Part shown: piece after piece, positions 1 through 8,980 of the stretch
Position numbering within the stretch: position 1 is the first letter of the stretch
Layout: every line of letters starts with the position of its first letter
Source: an uncultured virus (IMG/VR IMGVR_UViG_3300031088_000740)
Taxonomy: Duplodnaviria > Heunggongvirae > Uroviricota > Caudoviricetes
Length of the DNA stretch: 20,000 nucleotides
Reading direction: 5' to 3' (one strand)
Virus record (IMG/VR): IMGVR_UViG_3300031088_000740
Notes under the pieces: model-generated
What the model saw: the letters and a program-made list of their open reading frames with translations, nothing else
Databases searched by the model: none
Told to the model about the DNA's origin: nothing
Position numbers and translations under genes: made by a program

Positions 1-366
1 GGGACCGAGAACGTACGAGTACAGACTGACACCAGGCTTAGGGTTTTCGCCATCTGCTCGCGCCCAGTAAGTGCCGAGTTCAATCGTGAGGCTACCCTCA
101 CTTGACTTGGAGTGACCATCACGCTTGAGAGAACGTGCTAGCGCAGTGTCGTGGAGGTACCTAATCTCTTCCAGCTTGGCTAGATCCTCGACCGAAAGTA
201 GAGGATTAGCGCCCGACTCAACTGTCTTCGCAATCCTGCTCTCCGACTCCTTCACCAAGGTATCGAGGTCGAAAGGCTCGCCAGGCTGAGCCAAGATGTT
301 CCTCGGCTTGAACTCAGTAGCCAGCGGCTCGTAATCGTCGTACTCGTACTCATCTTCGTGAGACAT
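1..366 (-). CDS. Hypothetical protein, 3'-truncated by the window edge (MSHEDEYEYDDYEPLATEFKPRNILAQPGEPFDL...)
   Basis: Translated manually: ATG at 366 preceded by GAAGGAG RBS; frame stays open to position 1 (122 codons); absent from the ORF track because its stop lies outside the window. Confidence 0.8.
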   Translation of the reverse strand, partial: MSHEDEYEYDDYEPLATEFKPRNILAQPGEPFDLDTLVKESESRIAKTVESGANPLLSVEDLAKLEEIRYLHDTALARSLKRDGHSKSSEGSLTIELGTYWARADGENPKPGVSLYSYVLGP

Positions 367-423
367 AGTTCTCCTTCAAATCATGCACATTGTCTCATAT
401 CCCAGGCGGGGAAGCAAGACCGC

Positions 424-1326
424 CTAGTTATCGGATGAGACGGACAGGGTGTCTAAAAGACCCTTGTCGATGTCATGCAGCCATACAAGATACATCTTCT
501 CAAAGTCAGCCGATGGCGCATTAATCTTCATATCAATGACCTGAAGGGGTCGCATACCACGCCGTGCACATTCCATCACATTCTCGATAGTGAACTGGTA
601 AGTGACGAGACAGTTGATCAACGCAGCCCATGCCAGAATTAGCGTCGAATCATTACCAGACTCATTCAGAGTGACCTTGAAAAGTGTCGGTGAAATGATA
701 TCAACACCGTTTGGAGTCCACTTCTCTGAGAACCTGCCATACAGAGCCGCAGGAGACTCCTGACCATGAGGGAATCGAGCAATTTCTCTCAGGCTATTGA
801 GAAGGATTTCAGGGGTGGACATATCGTCTGCAAGCAGGTTTAGAAGCGGAAGAAATTCGGAATAGTTGATGAACCCACGGGAAACGGCAATTGCCTCTTG
901 GGGTAGAGGATCTGCGTCCGACGAGAACAATTCAAGCGCTGCCTCAAACTGATTGGATGATCCCGTGTAGACAATCCGTCCATCAACAAAATCGACTTCT
1001 TCTAACCATCGCTTTGGTTGACGGATAACTCCCGATGCAACTACCACTTCGGTGTCTGAACTCAAATAGACAAGCTGTTCTTCGGTCGTAATCGGCTCGG
1101 GCAGTCTTCTGTACCATTCCGAATCGAAGAAGGTGTCCACCTCACTCTCGGTGAAAAACTTCATCAACCCTTCGCGAGTGAATCGAGAAGTATCAATCGG
1201 CGCAGACCATAGCTCTTCACCTCGAAGCTTTGAGAAGAGTGGCTTGGTTGATACGGCGATGTCACCATGCCTGAGTGATTGATTGAGCACAAGAAGACAA
1301 TACCCTATAGACACCAACATCACCAT
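424..1326 (-). CDS. Hypothetical protein, member of the C-terminal 'NDID-tail' family
   Basis: 300-aa ORF ending WLHDIDKGLLDTL; internal FTESEVDTFFDSEWYRRL resembles segments of 4922, 13721 and 14613; start codon uncertain. Confidence 0.8.
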   Translation of the reverse strand: MVMLVSIGYCLLVLNQSLRHGDIAVSTKPLFSKLRGEELWSAPIDTSRFTREGLMKFFTESEVDTFFDSEWYRRLPEPITTEEQLVYLSSDTEVVVASGVIRQPKRWLEEVDFVDGRIVYTGSSNQFEAALELFSSDADPLPQEAIAVSRGFINYSEFLPLLNLLADDMSTPEILLNSLREIARFPHGQESPAALYGRFSEKWTPNGVDIISPTLFKVTLNESGNDSTLILAWAALINCLVTYQFTIENVMECARRGMRPLQVIDMKINAPSADFEKMYLVWLHDIDKGLLDTLSVSSDN

Positions 1327-1398
1327 AAGCTACCCCCAGAACTGGTGAAAGTCATTGCCTCCACTATCGATATCGGTGCCCGGAGGTACTATGTGGGT

Positions 1399-1563
1399 AT
1401 GACTACTGCAACCCTCTCTACATTCGACATCCGCGCGATCATCGCAAGCCTTCCCAACAAGAAGCTTCACGATTGGCTCGCAAACTACTCGGTAAGTGGC
1501 AACATTGGCACCGAAGCCCATGAACTGCTCATTGCGGAGGCAAAGTCCCGCAACCTCATCTGA
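1399..1563 (+). CDS. Small hypothetical protein (54 aa, MTTATLSTFDIRA...), probably leaderless
   Basis: TACTAT (1387-1392) lies 6 nt before ATG 1399; followed directly by a terminator. Confidence 0.65.
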   Translation: MTTATLSTFDIRAIIASLPNKKLHDWLANYSVSGNIGTEAHELLIAEAKSRNLI

Positions 1564-1572
1564 GTTACCTAC

Positions 1573-1610
1573 AAGAACCGCCCCTACAAAGCAGTAGGGG
1601 CGGTTCTTTG
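1573..1610 (+). terminator. Intrinsic terminator
   Basis: 15-bp stem AAGAACCGCCCCTAC / GTAGGGGCGGTTCTT with T-rich tail just after the stop at 1563. Confidence 0.85.
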
Positions 1611-1685
1611 TATTCCAAGGCGTAAACCATTGCCAAGACCAACCTGCCGAGATAGCCTACCGACTCGAACCAATAGGAGCGCATC

Positions 1686-2012
1686 ATGAATCAAGGAATC
1701 ATCATCAAGACAGACGGACAGGTTCTGGATATCGACATTCAGGAAGACTCTATCTCTCAACTCATCTCAACCCCCAGACCTCACCGTATCGCACTCGACA
1801 CAGGATTCGTTGCCTACATCGACAATGAGTCGAGCGAGAAGGAAGACAACGTAGGTGCCTCGTTTGTCATGGAATCGTTGGGTCACGTATTGGTGAATTC
1901 ACGAGCCTTCATTACTGGCGACGTGGTTATCCTTGCATCACAGGGTGATGACGAGGATGCGAGCCTCACCGAGCGGCAGAGCAAGATCGTTCACATCCTC
2001 GCCAACAACTAG
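1686..2012 (+). CDS. DUF3846-like small phage/plasmid protein
   Basis: AGGAG RBS; pattern IIKTDG...YIDNE...N..AS...ITGDVVI...SLT recalls DUF3846; similar to 18399..18755. Confidence 0.65.
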   Translation: MNQGIIIKTDGQVLDIDIQEDSISQLISTPRPHRIALDTGFVAYIDNESSEKEDNVGASFVMESLGHVLVNSRAFITGDVVILASQGDDEDASLTERQSKIVHILANN

Positions 2013-3127
2013 GACTTCCGGACCACCTTCTGAATTTTCAAGGTGATGTTGTTCCGCACCGAAACCTCGATACGCTTCTGCTCTAGAGCTTCGATGACAA
2101 CCTCTGCATCCTGTACGGACTCCACACCATGACCGTAGCTGTTATGCGGACCTGCGATACCACCTCGCCAATCGATGATTGTGTACCGATGCTGCTTTTT
2201 CTTGCCCCAGAGGAATGTGAGTACGGCGTAGTTGTCGTTAAAAGCCAGAACATCCATGAGGGGACCAATACCAGCCAGTTTCACCTTGTCACCCTGATGA
2301 AGAGTTAGCGGGGTGATAGGAGGTCGTGTAGCCCTATTGCGATAGACAACACCCTCATCACTCAATGCTTCAAGTGCCGCTTGTCCGCTGTTGAGATACC
2401 CAGTCAACTCATCAACGAATTGATTTCTTGTGCTCTGTTCCATGAACAGCCATGACGGCATGAGTACTTTGAATCCATCATCAGGGAACTCCGTTTCATC
2501 CTTGATGTTTCTCAGAAGGGAAAGAACATCGTCGGTAAGAGCAGGATCAACAACATCGTGTTCAAGGAACCATTTGCAGATCCACTCCGCGATATGACCC
2601 TCTTGAATCCAGTATGTATCCCCTAGCTCCCACATCGCATGACCAAGAAGAGCGATACGATGGAGATTACCCTCCCAAGCGATTGATACGAGTTTTAACA
2701 TGGCGTACTCGACGTACGAGTCTAGTTGAACAGGCGCAACATCTCGGTACGAAAGCGGTAGGTCTCGACCAATGAGATAAGCCATAGGTGCGGAATACTT
2801 ATGAGTGCTCTCACCGGGGCTTGGCTGGATAAGGGTGGTCTCTACAAGCTCGCCCTTATCGTCAGCATAGAAGAACCCGAGGTTAGGGTGCCAGCCATAA
2901 GGGAAGGTAGGCGCACTGTCTTCACCATCAACCCAGTACGCATACTGATGATTGAGCGGGAAGGAACCAGAAAGTGCCACTTTGGTAGCGAACTGTACTT
3001 CGTCTCGAACCCAGCCCCACTTGTCCGGCACTGGTTGGCTAACAACCCGCCTGGCGACCGAGTAAGGCTCATCGGTTTCTGCCATGCGGTTGCGTACGGC
3101 TTGTTTTGCTGCTCTATTCTTGACCAT
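2009..3127 (-). CDS. Hypothetical multidomain protein with an N-terminal basic helix (KQAVRNRMAETDEPYSVARR)
   Basis: Long ORF; GGAG RBS 5 nt before ATG 3127; N-terminus resembles the 'RARMAxTGExYxxARR' N-terminal motif recalled from actinobacterial proteins. Confidence 0.8.
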   Translation of the reverse strand: MVKNRAAKQAVRNRMAETDEPYSVARRVVSQPVPDKWGWVRDEVQFATKVALSGSFPLNHQYAYWVDGEDSAPTFPYGWHPNLGFFYADDKGELVETTLIQPSPGESTHKYSAPMAYLIGRDLPLSYRDVAPVQLDSYVEYAMLKLVSIAWEGNLHRIALLGHAMWELGDTYWIQEGHIAEWICKWFLEHDVVDPALTDDVLSLLRNIKDETEFPDDGFKVLMPSWLFMEQSTRNQFVDELTGYLNSGQAALEALSDEGVVYRNRATRPPITPLTLHQGDKVKLAGIGPLMDVLAFNDNYAVLTFLWGKKKQHRYTIIDWRGGIAGPHNSYGHGVESVQDAEVVIEALEQKRIEVSVRNNITLKIQKVVRKS

Positions 3128-3129
3128 CA

Positions 3130-3285
3130 TTACTCCATATGGCAATAGCCCTACGCCCCATCGCCTGATTGAGATGATGAAGGATACAGGATTCGGTGAA
3201 CCTTGCTCTCAACGAACCTTCACTGCGTAGGAGCTTAGATTCTTGAGACGTGCTGCTGTGACAGCCGACTGAGAGGATGGTAGCA
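3130..3285 (-). promoter_or_regulatory. Extended -10 promoter and structured ~140-nt 5' leader
   Basis: TGcTACCAT at 3277-3285 (minus); long-range complementary pairs 3150-3156/3225-3231 and 3178-3183/3217-3222. Confidence 0.5.
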
Positions 3286-3298
3286 CTTAATCGAAGCT

Positions 3299-4228
3299 TT
3301 AGCGCATCGAGCCGTAAAGATACGGATCGACATCATTGCCGATAGCTGACATGATGTTGCTACGTGCCCCTGCATTGAAGTACGGCAAAGCAGTGTGATA
3401 GTCAGGAAGCTCTTGTGAGACGAAATCGAAGAGTTCGTGATGGTCTGCAAACTCCTTACCGCAGCGAGCTAGCCATAGAAGAACGTCATTCCTGACGCTA
3501 ATGTGAGCGGCTTCCAGCAAGCTGCGATAGAACTTCTGACGCAAAGCGTACCTGTCCTCGCCCGACCTCCGCGCTCTGTCTGAAAAGCTCAGTAGCGCAT
3601 GAGAGGTGGCAAAAACCACACTGTAGAGACCCTTGTGCTGGGTAAACGCTCGCGAAAAAGACGTGTAGCTCATTCCCGATTCGGAGATATCTCGGACTCT
3701 TCGAGAGTAGTCGTATTCACTACTCAGGAGCAACGACAGGTTGAACGAAGAAACTGAGTCAGAGAAAGAACCATCAAACAGATCAACGTATGCGATGGGG
3801 TCGAAAAAGTTAAGTCTGGCTCCACTCACGCGCTGAGAATTGTTGTCATACAGCGACACCTTAAATGTTTTGTACTTCTCGGGAAAGAACCCATACTTGT
3901 TCCAGTACCCAACCAAATCAGCAAAGTCGAGAGTAACAAAAGCCGAATCGACATCACCACCGTCTGATGTGATAGCTGCGTAGTCGTGTTCAACTGACTC
4001 TAGGGCACCAGATGGCATGAGATGGCTCATTGCGATAAGAAAGTCACCGAAGTTGGAGATGGTACCTTCGTAATCTTCCACCTCCTTCATGACGCTCTCA
4101 TAGAGAGGCATAGCGGCGTAGTACTGACTAAACGATAGGTCTTTAGGAGGGGTGAGCCATCTATCTCTTCCAGTCTTGCCGGAATCACCAACAAAGTTCG
4201 CCCAGTCGTACTCGGGGATTCCAGACAC
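3299..4228 (-). CDS. Hypothetical protein, PEYxW / NDVD-tail family
   Basis: GTG start abuts the upstream TAA; starts IPEYDW and ends AIGNDVDPYLYGSMR. Confidence 0.85.
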   Translation of the reverse strand: MSGIPEYDWANFVGDSGKTGRDRWLTPPKDLSFSQYYAAMPLYESVMKEVEDYEGTISNFGDFLIAMSHLMPSGALESVEHDYAAITSDGGDVDSAFVTLDFADLVGYWNKYGFFPEKYKTFKVSLYDNNSQRVSGARLNFFDPIAYVDLFDGSFSDSVSSFNLSLLLSSEYDYSRRVRDISESGMSYTSFSRAFTQHKGLYSVVFATSHALLSFSDRARRSGEDRYALRQKFYRSLLEAAHISVRNDVLLWLARCGKEFADHHELFDFVSQELPDYHTALPYFNAGARSNIMSAIGNDVDPYLYGSMR

Positions 4229-4780
4229 TTAGCTATCACCATCCAGTAGAGAGCGCAAGAGTGCATCATCCACCTCGTTGACCGAGATGCCTTGGATGCT
4301 GCTCATGGATAGACCCTCATTGACATACCCAAAGAACTCTCGGTATCCAAGCTTACGGGCATAAGGAACCGACTCATCAGTCCCCACACCAATGGTATCT
4401 GCCATGATGCAGAAAGCTAGACGGAGATCAGAGGTGACGTTCTTATCTTGAAGCGCAGCCAAGACCTTCTCTTCGAAACCGGGCTTAAAACGCTGTTCAT
4501 TGAGCAGGACGAAGAAGTAAGACTTGAAGAGAGTCCAGCACTCAACGAACTGATCTGCTGTTACTCCCAGTTCGTCCAGTTCCTCTGCTGCCGAGTCAGA
4601 GAACCCATCTGTGGCGCGTACATGCTCATACGTATCGACAGGGATGTAAGAAGGAGTGATGCGCCGACGACCGCAACGGATAGGTCCGCCAGACCAACCG
4701 TGCTCAGGCAGCACCCGGGTGGTATCAATGTCGGGTCTACTCACAACACTCTCGATACTGGCTGCAATCTGATTCGTCAT
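4229..4780 (-). CDS. Hypothetical protein, PEHGW / NEVD-tail family (leaderless start MTNQIAAS)
   Basis: LPEHGW near the N-terminus; ends SVNEVDDALLRSLL; ATG 4780 lies 6 nt after the -10 element. Confidence 0.85.
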   Translation of the reverse strand: MTNQIAASIESVVSRPDIDTTRVLPEHGWSGGPIRCGRRRITPSYIPVDTYEHVRATDGFSDSAAEELDELGVTADQFVECWTLFKSYFFVLLNEQRFKPGFEEKVLAALQDKNVTSDLRLAFCIMADTIGVGTDESVPYARKLGYREFFGYVNEGLSMSSIQGISVNEVDDALLRSLLDGDS

Positions 4781-4786
4781 ACTTCG

Positions 4787-4815
4787 ATAGTAGCGTGATA
4801 AATCGTAAAAGTCAA
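4787..4815 (-). promoter_or_regulatory. Sigma70-type leaderless promoter
   Basis: TTGACT-17nt-TACTAT-6nt-ATG(4780). Confidence 0.8.
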
Positions 4816-4827
4816 TCCTGGCGGTTA

Positions 4828-4859
4828 ACGAAACATGCCTCGTATCTCTACGAGGCATG
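4828..4859 (-). terminator. Intrinsic terminator downstream of 4922..5914
   Basis: 11-bp stem CATGCCTCGTA / TACGAGGCATG followed by TTTCGTT on the minus strand. Confidence 0.75.
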
Positions 4860-4921
4860 GTCCGGTTGATTGAAAATGTGAATGTAATTAGTGTTGCTCT
4901 GCAATCATAGCAACCAAAGTG

Positions 4922-5914
4922 CTAGTTGTCAACTTCATCGAAAAGATGCTCAACGATATGCACGTCGATATCGTTCTCGATGAAATCCGCAAGGTTCGGC
5001 GTATTGATATGGCGGTTGATGTAGGGCAGTGCCTTCTCGACAGTGATGCCTCTTTTCAGACACTCATCAGCCAACGAGCCATCGGTGTTCTTAGTGATTC
5101 CTACGAAAGCCCACATTACAGCGTCGTCATTAACAGGACTACCATTACGAACATCGAGACTTAGCAATCTCCGCGCGATGGGCGTAGCCTGTTCATCCCA
5201 ATTACTCGTAATGCTGACAAACAGATTCTCGGTATCACCGCCATAAATCAAATCGGCAGCCTTTTGGAACGCAGAGAACGGAACGCACGCCATATCAAAC
5301 AGCGGCATGACACCCTCAGCGATGAGACCATCATCCATCAGCCCGGATAGTTCGGCAATGGTGATTACACCCTCAACACCAAACAAAGACTTCGTGAAAG
5401 GCTCTGCTACAGCGCCACCACGAGCAACCAAGCCCGATACGGTATTTACCGCACCCCAGCGCCCAAACGTCTTTTTCTTTGCCTTGTCATTGGTGATGCG
5501 ACTATCGGTCCAACCCTTAGTGGAGGAATAGGGCACGGTAATCTCAGAATAGTTCGCCTCTGTCCACGCAGAAGGGTTACGGAGCCATGACTCGATAACC
5601 TCAGACTCACTGAGGAACAGGTGCTCTTTACCGTCCTCGATGACCTTATCTACACGCGGAGAGTTGGTGAGACTAGGGTCATAAAATCGACCGCTCATGA
5701 AGTCAGAATTGAAGAAGTCACGAAGCTCGATATCCGTGAACAGAGAATTGTCGTGCTGGTCGATAAAAAGAGTCATGTCGTTACGAGAAGGTAGTAAGAC
5801 ATGGTAAGCGGTCATGAAGTTCTCGCTAGCAAATGACCGGTTAAAAGCAGTACCACCAACCACGGCGTTGTACTTGCTGTAACCGTGCTCGGGAACAGAG
5901 ATTAGCTCCTGCAT
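4922..5914 (-). CDS. Hypothetical protein, PEHGY / NDID-tail family
   Basis: AGGAGG RBS; starts VPEHGY and ends FIENDIDVHIVEHLF. Confidence 0.88.
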   Translation of the reverse strand: MQELISVPEHGYSKYNAVVGGTAFNRSFASENFMTAYHVLLPSRNDMTLFIDQHDNSLFTDIELRDFFNSDFMSGRFYDPSLTNSPRVDKVIEDGKEHLFLSESEVIESWLRNPSAWTEANYSEITVPYSSTKGWTDSRITNDKAKKKTFGRWGAVNTVSGLVARGGAVAEPFTKSLFGVEGVITIAELSGLMDDGLIAEGVMPLFDMACVPFSAFQKAADLIYGGDTENLFVSITSNWDEQATPIARRLLSLDVRNGSPVNDDAVMWAFVGITKNTDGSLADECLKRGITVEKALPYINRHINTPNLADFIENDIDVHIVEHLFDEVDN

Positions 5915-5970
5915 GTAAATCCTCCTACTTCACTGTAGCTCAGATACGTCTTGATATCAAATCGTAGATC

Positions 5971-6011
5971 ACCAAAGGCGACTGCCTTTGACCAGAACAG
6001 TCGCCTTTGGT
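5971..6011. terminator. 14-bp hairpin, terminator-like
   Basis: ACCAAAGGCGACTG / CAGTCGCCTTTGGT inverted repeat between 6124..6471 and 4922..5914. Confidence 0.6.
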
Positions 6012-6123
6012 TATGAAAGGAGAACATGAAGAAGAATCCACTACAAATCAACTTCGTGGATAACGATACCACGCAAATTGAACGGCAGTCGTCGCATAAT
6101 GCTATGGATTAGCTGTGCGTTTG

Positions 6124-6471
6124 TTACAGGTCGTTTTCCTTCTGAGCCTCAACAGCATTTTCGAGACTCTTGATGGCAACGTGGATCTTCTGTACGACTT
6201 CTTCGAGTGGTAGTAGATGCGAAGAGTCAACCCAGCTACTTTCACGCTCTGTGCCATCGACTTCCCAAGCAACGTAGCACTGATGAACCTTCGTCGTCTT
6301 GATGAGTCCATACTCAAAGAACCTCGTCTTCGTAACCCGCCCCATAGGAACCCGCAAGATGCTGGCTGTATAGCGCTGAGCGAGGGGGTGTTCCAAATTG
6401 ATGCTCACATAGCTATCAATTGCGAATGGCTCGGGTGAGTCATCGATTAGTGGAGCTAACTCGGCGCTCAT
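6124..6471 (-). CDS. Hypothetical protein
   Basis: 115-aa ORF, translationally coupled (ATGA overlap) to 6468..7097. Confidence 0.75.
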   Translation of the reverse strand: MSAELAPLIDDSPEPFAIDSYVSINLEHPLAQRYTASILRVPMGRVTKTRFFEYGLIKTTKVHQCYVAWEVDGTERESSWVDSSHLLPLEEVVQKIHVAIKSLENAVEAQKENDL

Positions 6472-7097
6472 GTAGAGGCGACCTCTTTCTTCTGCTCGAA
6501 GCTTTCGAACTCAAATGGTGCGGGTGGTCTTGTGGGGTCGGGCATGATCAGTAGCCGAACTTCATCAGGGTAGAATCCGGGGCTACTTCTGTACTCTGGC
6601 TCAGCAGCGCAGATAAGACCGTAGATTCCATCGATACGGACTCGGACTAGTTCACGCTGACCAGATTGGTTGAAGCGGTATACGCGGGCTACTCCACCTC
6701 GGTATAGCTCAATAGCATCGTTGATTCGAACATCAACGTCATAGTTTTCTTTCAGCCAAGGAATGATGGTCCGAGAGACGAATTCAGTGCGACCCTTACG
6801 TACTTCGTCATTGAGAACATCGTCAGGCTCTGACCAAACGATCATTGAGTAGATGCACCAAGCGATTGCCGACACAATAAAGGTAGTCCAAGCAATCTCA
6901 GCCCAACTCCAATCCCGTCGATTACCCAAAGGTGTATCAAGGTTCATAACCTCAGTCGGGGCAAAAAGAGCCGCAACAAGAAGTGCCGCCAAAACGACGA
7001 TGGAAGCAAGCCATAGGAAGAAGGGCTTGTTGCTGGGTCGCTTCATCTTCACAGCGCCGTAGTGGAGCGGAGGCAACTCTAGGAGGTTGCTGTTCAT
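6468..7097 (-). CDS. Membrane protein with two N-terminal TM helices; probable paralog of 10394..10963
   Basis: GAAGGGA RBS before MNSNLL; two hydrophobic segments; PWLKENY motif. Confidence 0.8.
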   Translation of the reverse strand: MNSNLLELPPLHYGAVKMKRPSNKPFFLWLASIVVLAALLVAALFAPTEVMNLDTPLGNRRDWSWAEIAWTTFIVSAIAWCIYSMIVWSEPDDVLNDEVRKGRTEFVSRTIIPWLKENYDVDVRINDAIELYRGGVARVYRFNQSGQRELVRVRIDGIYGLICAAEPEYRSSPGFYPDEVRLLIMPDPTRPPAPFEFESFEQKKEVAST

Positions 7098-7288
7098 TAG
7101 TATCCCTTCGCGAACGGCGCAATGATACATCTGTTGGTACATCTAGTCAACAGTGTCTTGTATCTATTTTCGCATACTCGGATGTCATTTGACTTTGCTT
7201 TTGTCTTAGGGTAGGTTGTAATTATCGACCGACCTAATGACCCCTGACCGACAATCCTGTTGGCAGTCATGATGTCCGAAAGGGAACC

Positions 7289-7591
7289 ATGAAGAACGAT
7301 GACGTGCAAAAGACTCTTCACAGTGCCGTCAAGTCACTGGACAAGGTGATTGCTCGCAACACCGATGAGTGGATTCTTGCAAAGTTGGTTGCTGTCCGGT
7401 CGGCGCTCTACGTCCTTCGCCTTGCCTCTGAGTCTTCGAATGGAATCCCCGGACTTCGAGGCTTGGGTATGGAGGAAGGCTACGCACTTGCTACCCGAAT
7501 CAACGAGAAGATGGAAGGCGACACGGGTGACTTGCGAATCCTCGCGTTCCACATCGATCACAAGTCCATCCTGAAAAGCGTGGTTCTGTAG
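7289..7591 (+). CDS. Hypothetical protein
   Basis: GAAAGGGA RBS; 100-aa ORF divergent from 7097. Confidence 0.7.
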   Translation: MKNDDVQKTLHSAVKSLDKVIARNTDEWILAKLVAVRSALYVLRLASESSNGIPGLRGLGMEEGYALATRINEKMEGDTGDLRILAFHIDHKSILKSVVL

Positions 7592-7675
7592 TCAGCAGAA
7601 GATACCAAGTATCTTCTGTCGAGAGGGTGTGATTATCTAAGTCATGCGCTACTCTGAGTACAGGAGGCTCGCACT

Positions 7676-8065
7676 ATGGACAACACCGTACTCATCGATG
7701 CATACGGACTTACCACATGCGGACTAGTTCTCTATGGCTACCGAACGACCAATCAGTCAGATCAGAGAATCCGACTAGTTACCGCTGAGAGACCACTGGG
7801 TGCACATGAGGTTGTCGTCACTCGCATACTAGAAGACTCTGAAGATTTTGACGGTGAGTCGGGAATGTTCGACACCATTGAGATCGATTCATCTAGCGCC
7901 ATCCACGATCAACTCGACGACGAGAGCAACAGTGGATGGTTAGAAGGTGGTCGTCTGTACTCAACGAAAGGTCAAGAAGTCGTCACACTGACCCCTAATG
8001 AACTGCTCGGTATCTCCGGTAGCCTCTTCGTCGTCAAGGACATCGACCGCACCATTGCGTTCTAA
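7676..8065 (+). CDS. Hypothetical acidic protein
   Basis: AGGAGG RBS; 129-aa ORF. Confidence 0.8.
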   Translation: MDNTVLIDAYGLTTCGLVLYGYRTTNQSDQRIRLVTAERPLGAHEVVVTRILEDSEDFDGESGMFDTIEIDSSSAIHDQLDDESNSGWLEGGRLYSTKGQEVVTLTPNELLGISGSLFVVKDIDRTIAF

Positions 8066-8066
8066 C

Positions 8067-8095
8067 TTGACTCTGGCTACGACTTGATGTAGGTT
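8067..8095 (+). promoter_or_regulatory. Sigma70-type promoter
   Basis: TTGACT-17nt-TAGGTT upstream of 8130. Confidence 0.6.
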
Positions 8096-8129
8096 TATAG
8101 TGATAACACTCATCAAGCAGAGGAACACA

Positions 8130-8345
8130 ATGACCAGCACTCCCCAGAAAAAGCGCAACTCCGCCATGAACGCACTGGCGATGTTCAGCCTCATCGGTGC
8201 CGTAGCTCTCATCGCACTGCACATCTACCTGATTCAGCTTCAGGGCGGCGTGGCAGTAATCAACGTCGTGTGGCTGGTTATCTGCTCGGCAGTCATCCTG
8301 GCACTCATCGCCACCGGAGTCATCGGTCGTCGCAAGAAGCGCTGA
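8130..8345 (+). CDS. Small two-TM membrane protein with basic termini
   Basis: GAGGA RBS; MTSTPQKKRN, two hydrophobic helices, C-terminal RRKKR. Confidence 0.75.
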   Translation: MTSTPQKKRNSAMNALAMFSLIGAVALIALHIYLIQLQGGVAVINVVWLVICSAVILALIATGVIGRRKKR

Positions 8346-8351
8346 TGCTAC

Positions 8352-8384
8352 ACAAAAGCCCCCGTGAATCACGGGGGCTTTTGT
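8352..8384. terminator. Bidirectional intrinsic terminator
   Basis: ACAAAAGCCCCCGTG / CACGGGGGCTTTTGT between convergent genes, with A/T tracts on both sides. Confidence 0.9.
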
Positions 8385-8389
8385 TGTTC

Positions 8390-8980
8390 CTACGGTGTGC
8401 CTAGGTATTTGATTAGTACGTTGATGGGGAACTTCGAGATACGTTTGAACCCATTGCGCATGTAGTAGGCAAGAAGCCTCTGGGCGGCAGTTTCCGTAGC
8501 AGGACGACCCCATGCCGGGTCAACATCAAGAGGTGAGGACTCAAGGGCGATGGTGTCCGCCCTGAGGGCTTCTGCAACCCGTTCCATCATGTCAGCACCA
8601 AGGTTTCTTCCGCTGAATTCAGGGTCAGCACCTACCTTGGCGACAATCATGAGGCGGTTGACGTTCTCTAGCTTGTCAGTGTCGCTGAGAAGCAGTGCCA
8701 CGAAAGAAACATCATTGTTCCTGTCGAACTCTGCACTGAACGGGTTTCCCTCATCACAGTCAATGACAGCCCCTTCAACCCGAGAAAGAACACCGCTTGC
8801 AGGCAAGATAGCCCGGTATTCAGCCCTTTCCAAATCGCTCATCCCTTCAAGAAGATGTTCAGGGTATCGAAGCTCGGCAGTAAACGCATACGCGGTGTTT
8901 ACTGAACCAGGAATCTTTGTCTCTGCCACTTCGGCGGAAAGGATGGAGTTGCTCAATACTGCATCATGAATTGCACTCAT
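8390..8980 (-). CDS. GNAT-fold N-acetyltransferase-like protein
   Basis: Motif A-like VAKVGADPEFSGRNLGADMM and motif B-like RLLAYYMRNGF. Confidence 0.7.
   Translation of the reverse strand: MSAIHDAVLSNSILSAEVAETKIPGSVNTAYAFTAELRYPEHLLEGMSDLERAEYRAILPASGVLSRVEGAVIDCDEGNPFSAEFDRNNDVSFVALLLSDTDKLENVNRLMIVAKVGADPEFSGRNLGADMMERVAEALRADTIALESSPLDVDPAWGRPATETAAQRLLAYYMRNGFKRISKFPINVLIKYLGTP

Noticed and set aside
8130..8345. Two-TM protein as a holin
   Set aside because: No adjacent endolysin, and it has its own promoter and terminator; the topology alone is not diagnostic
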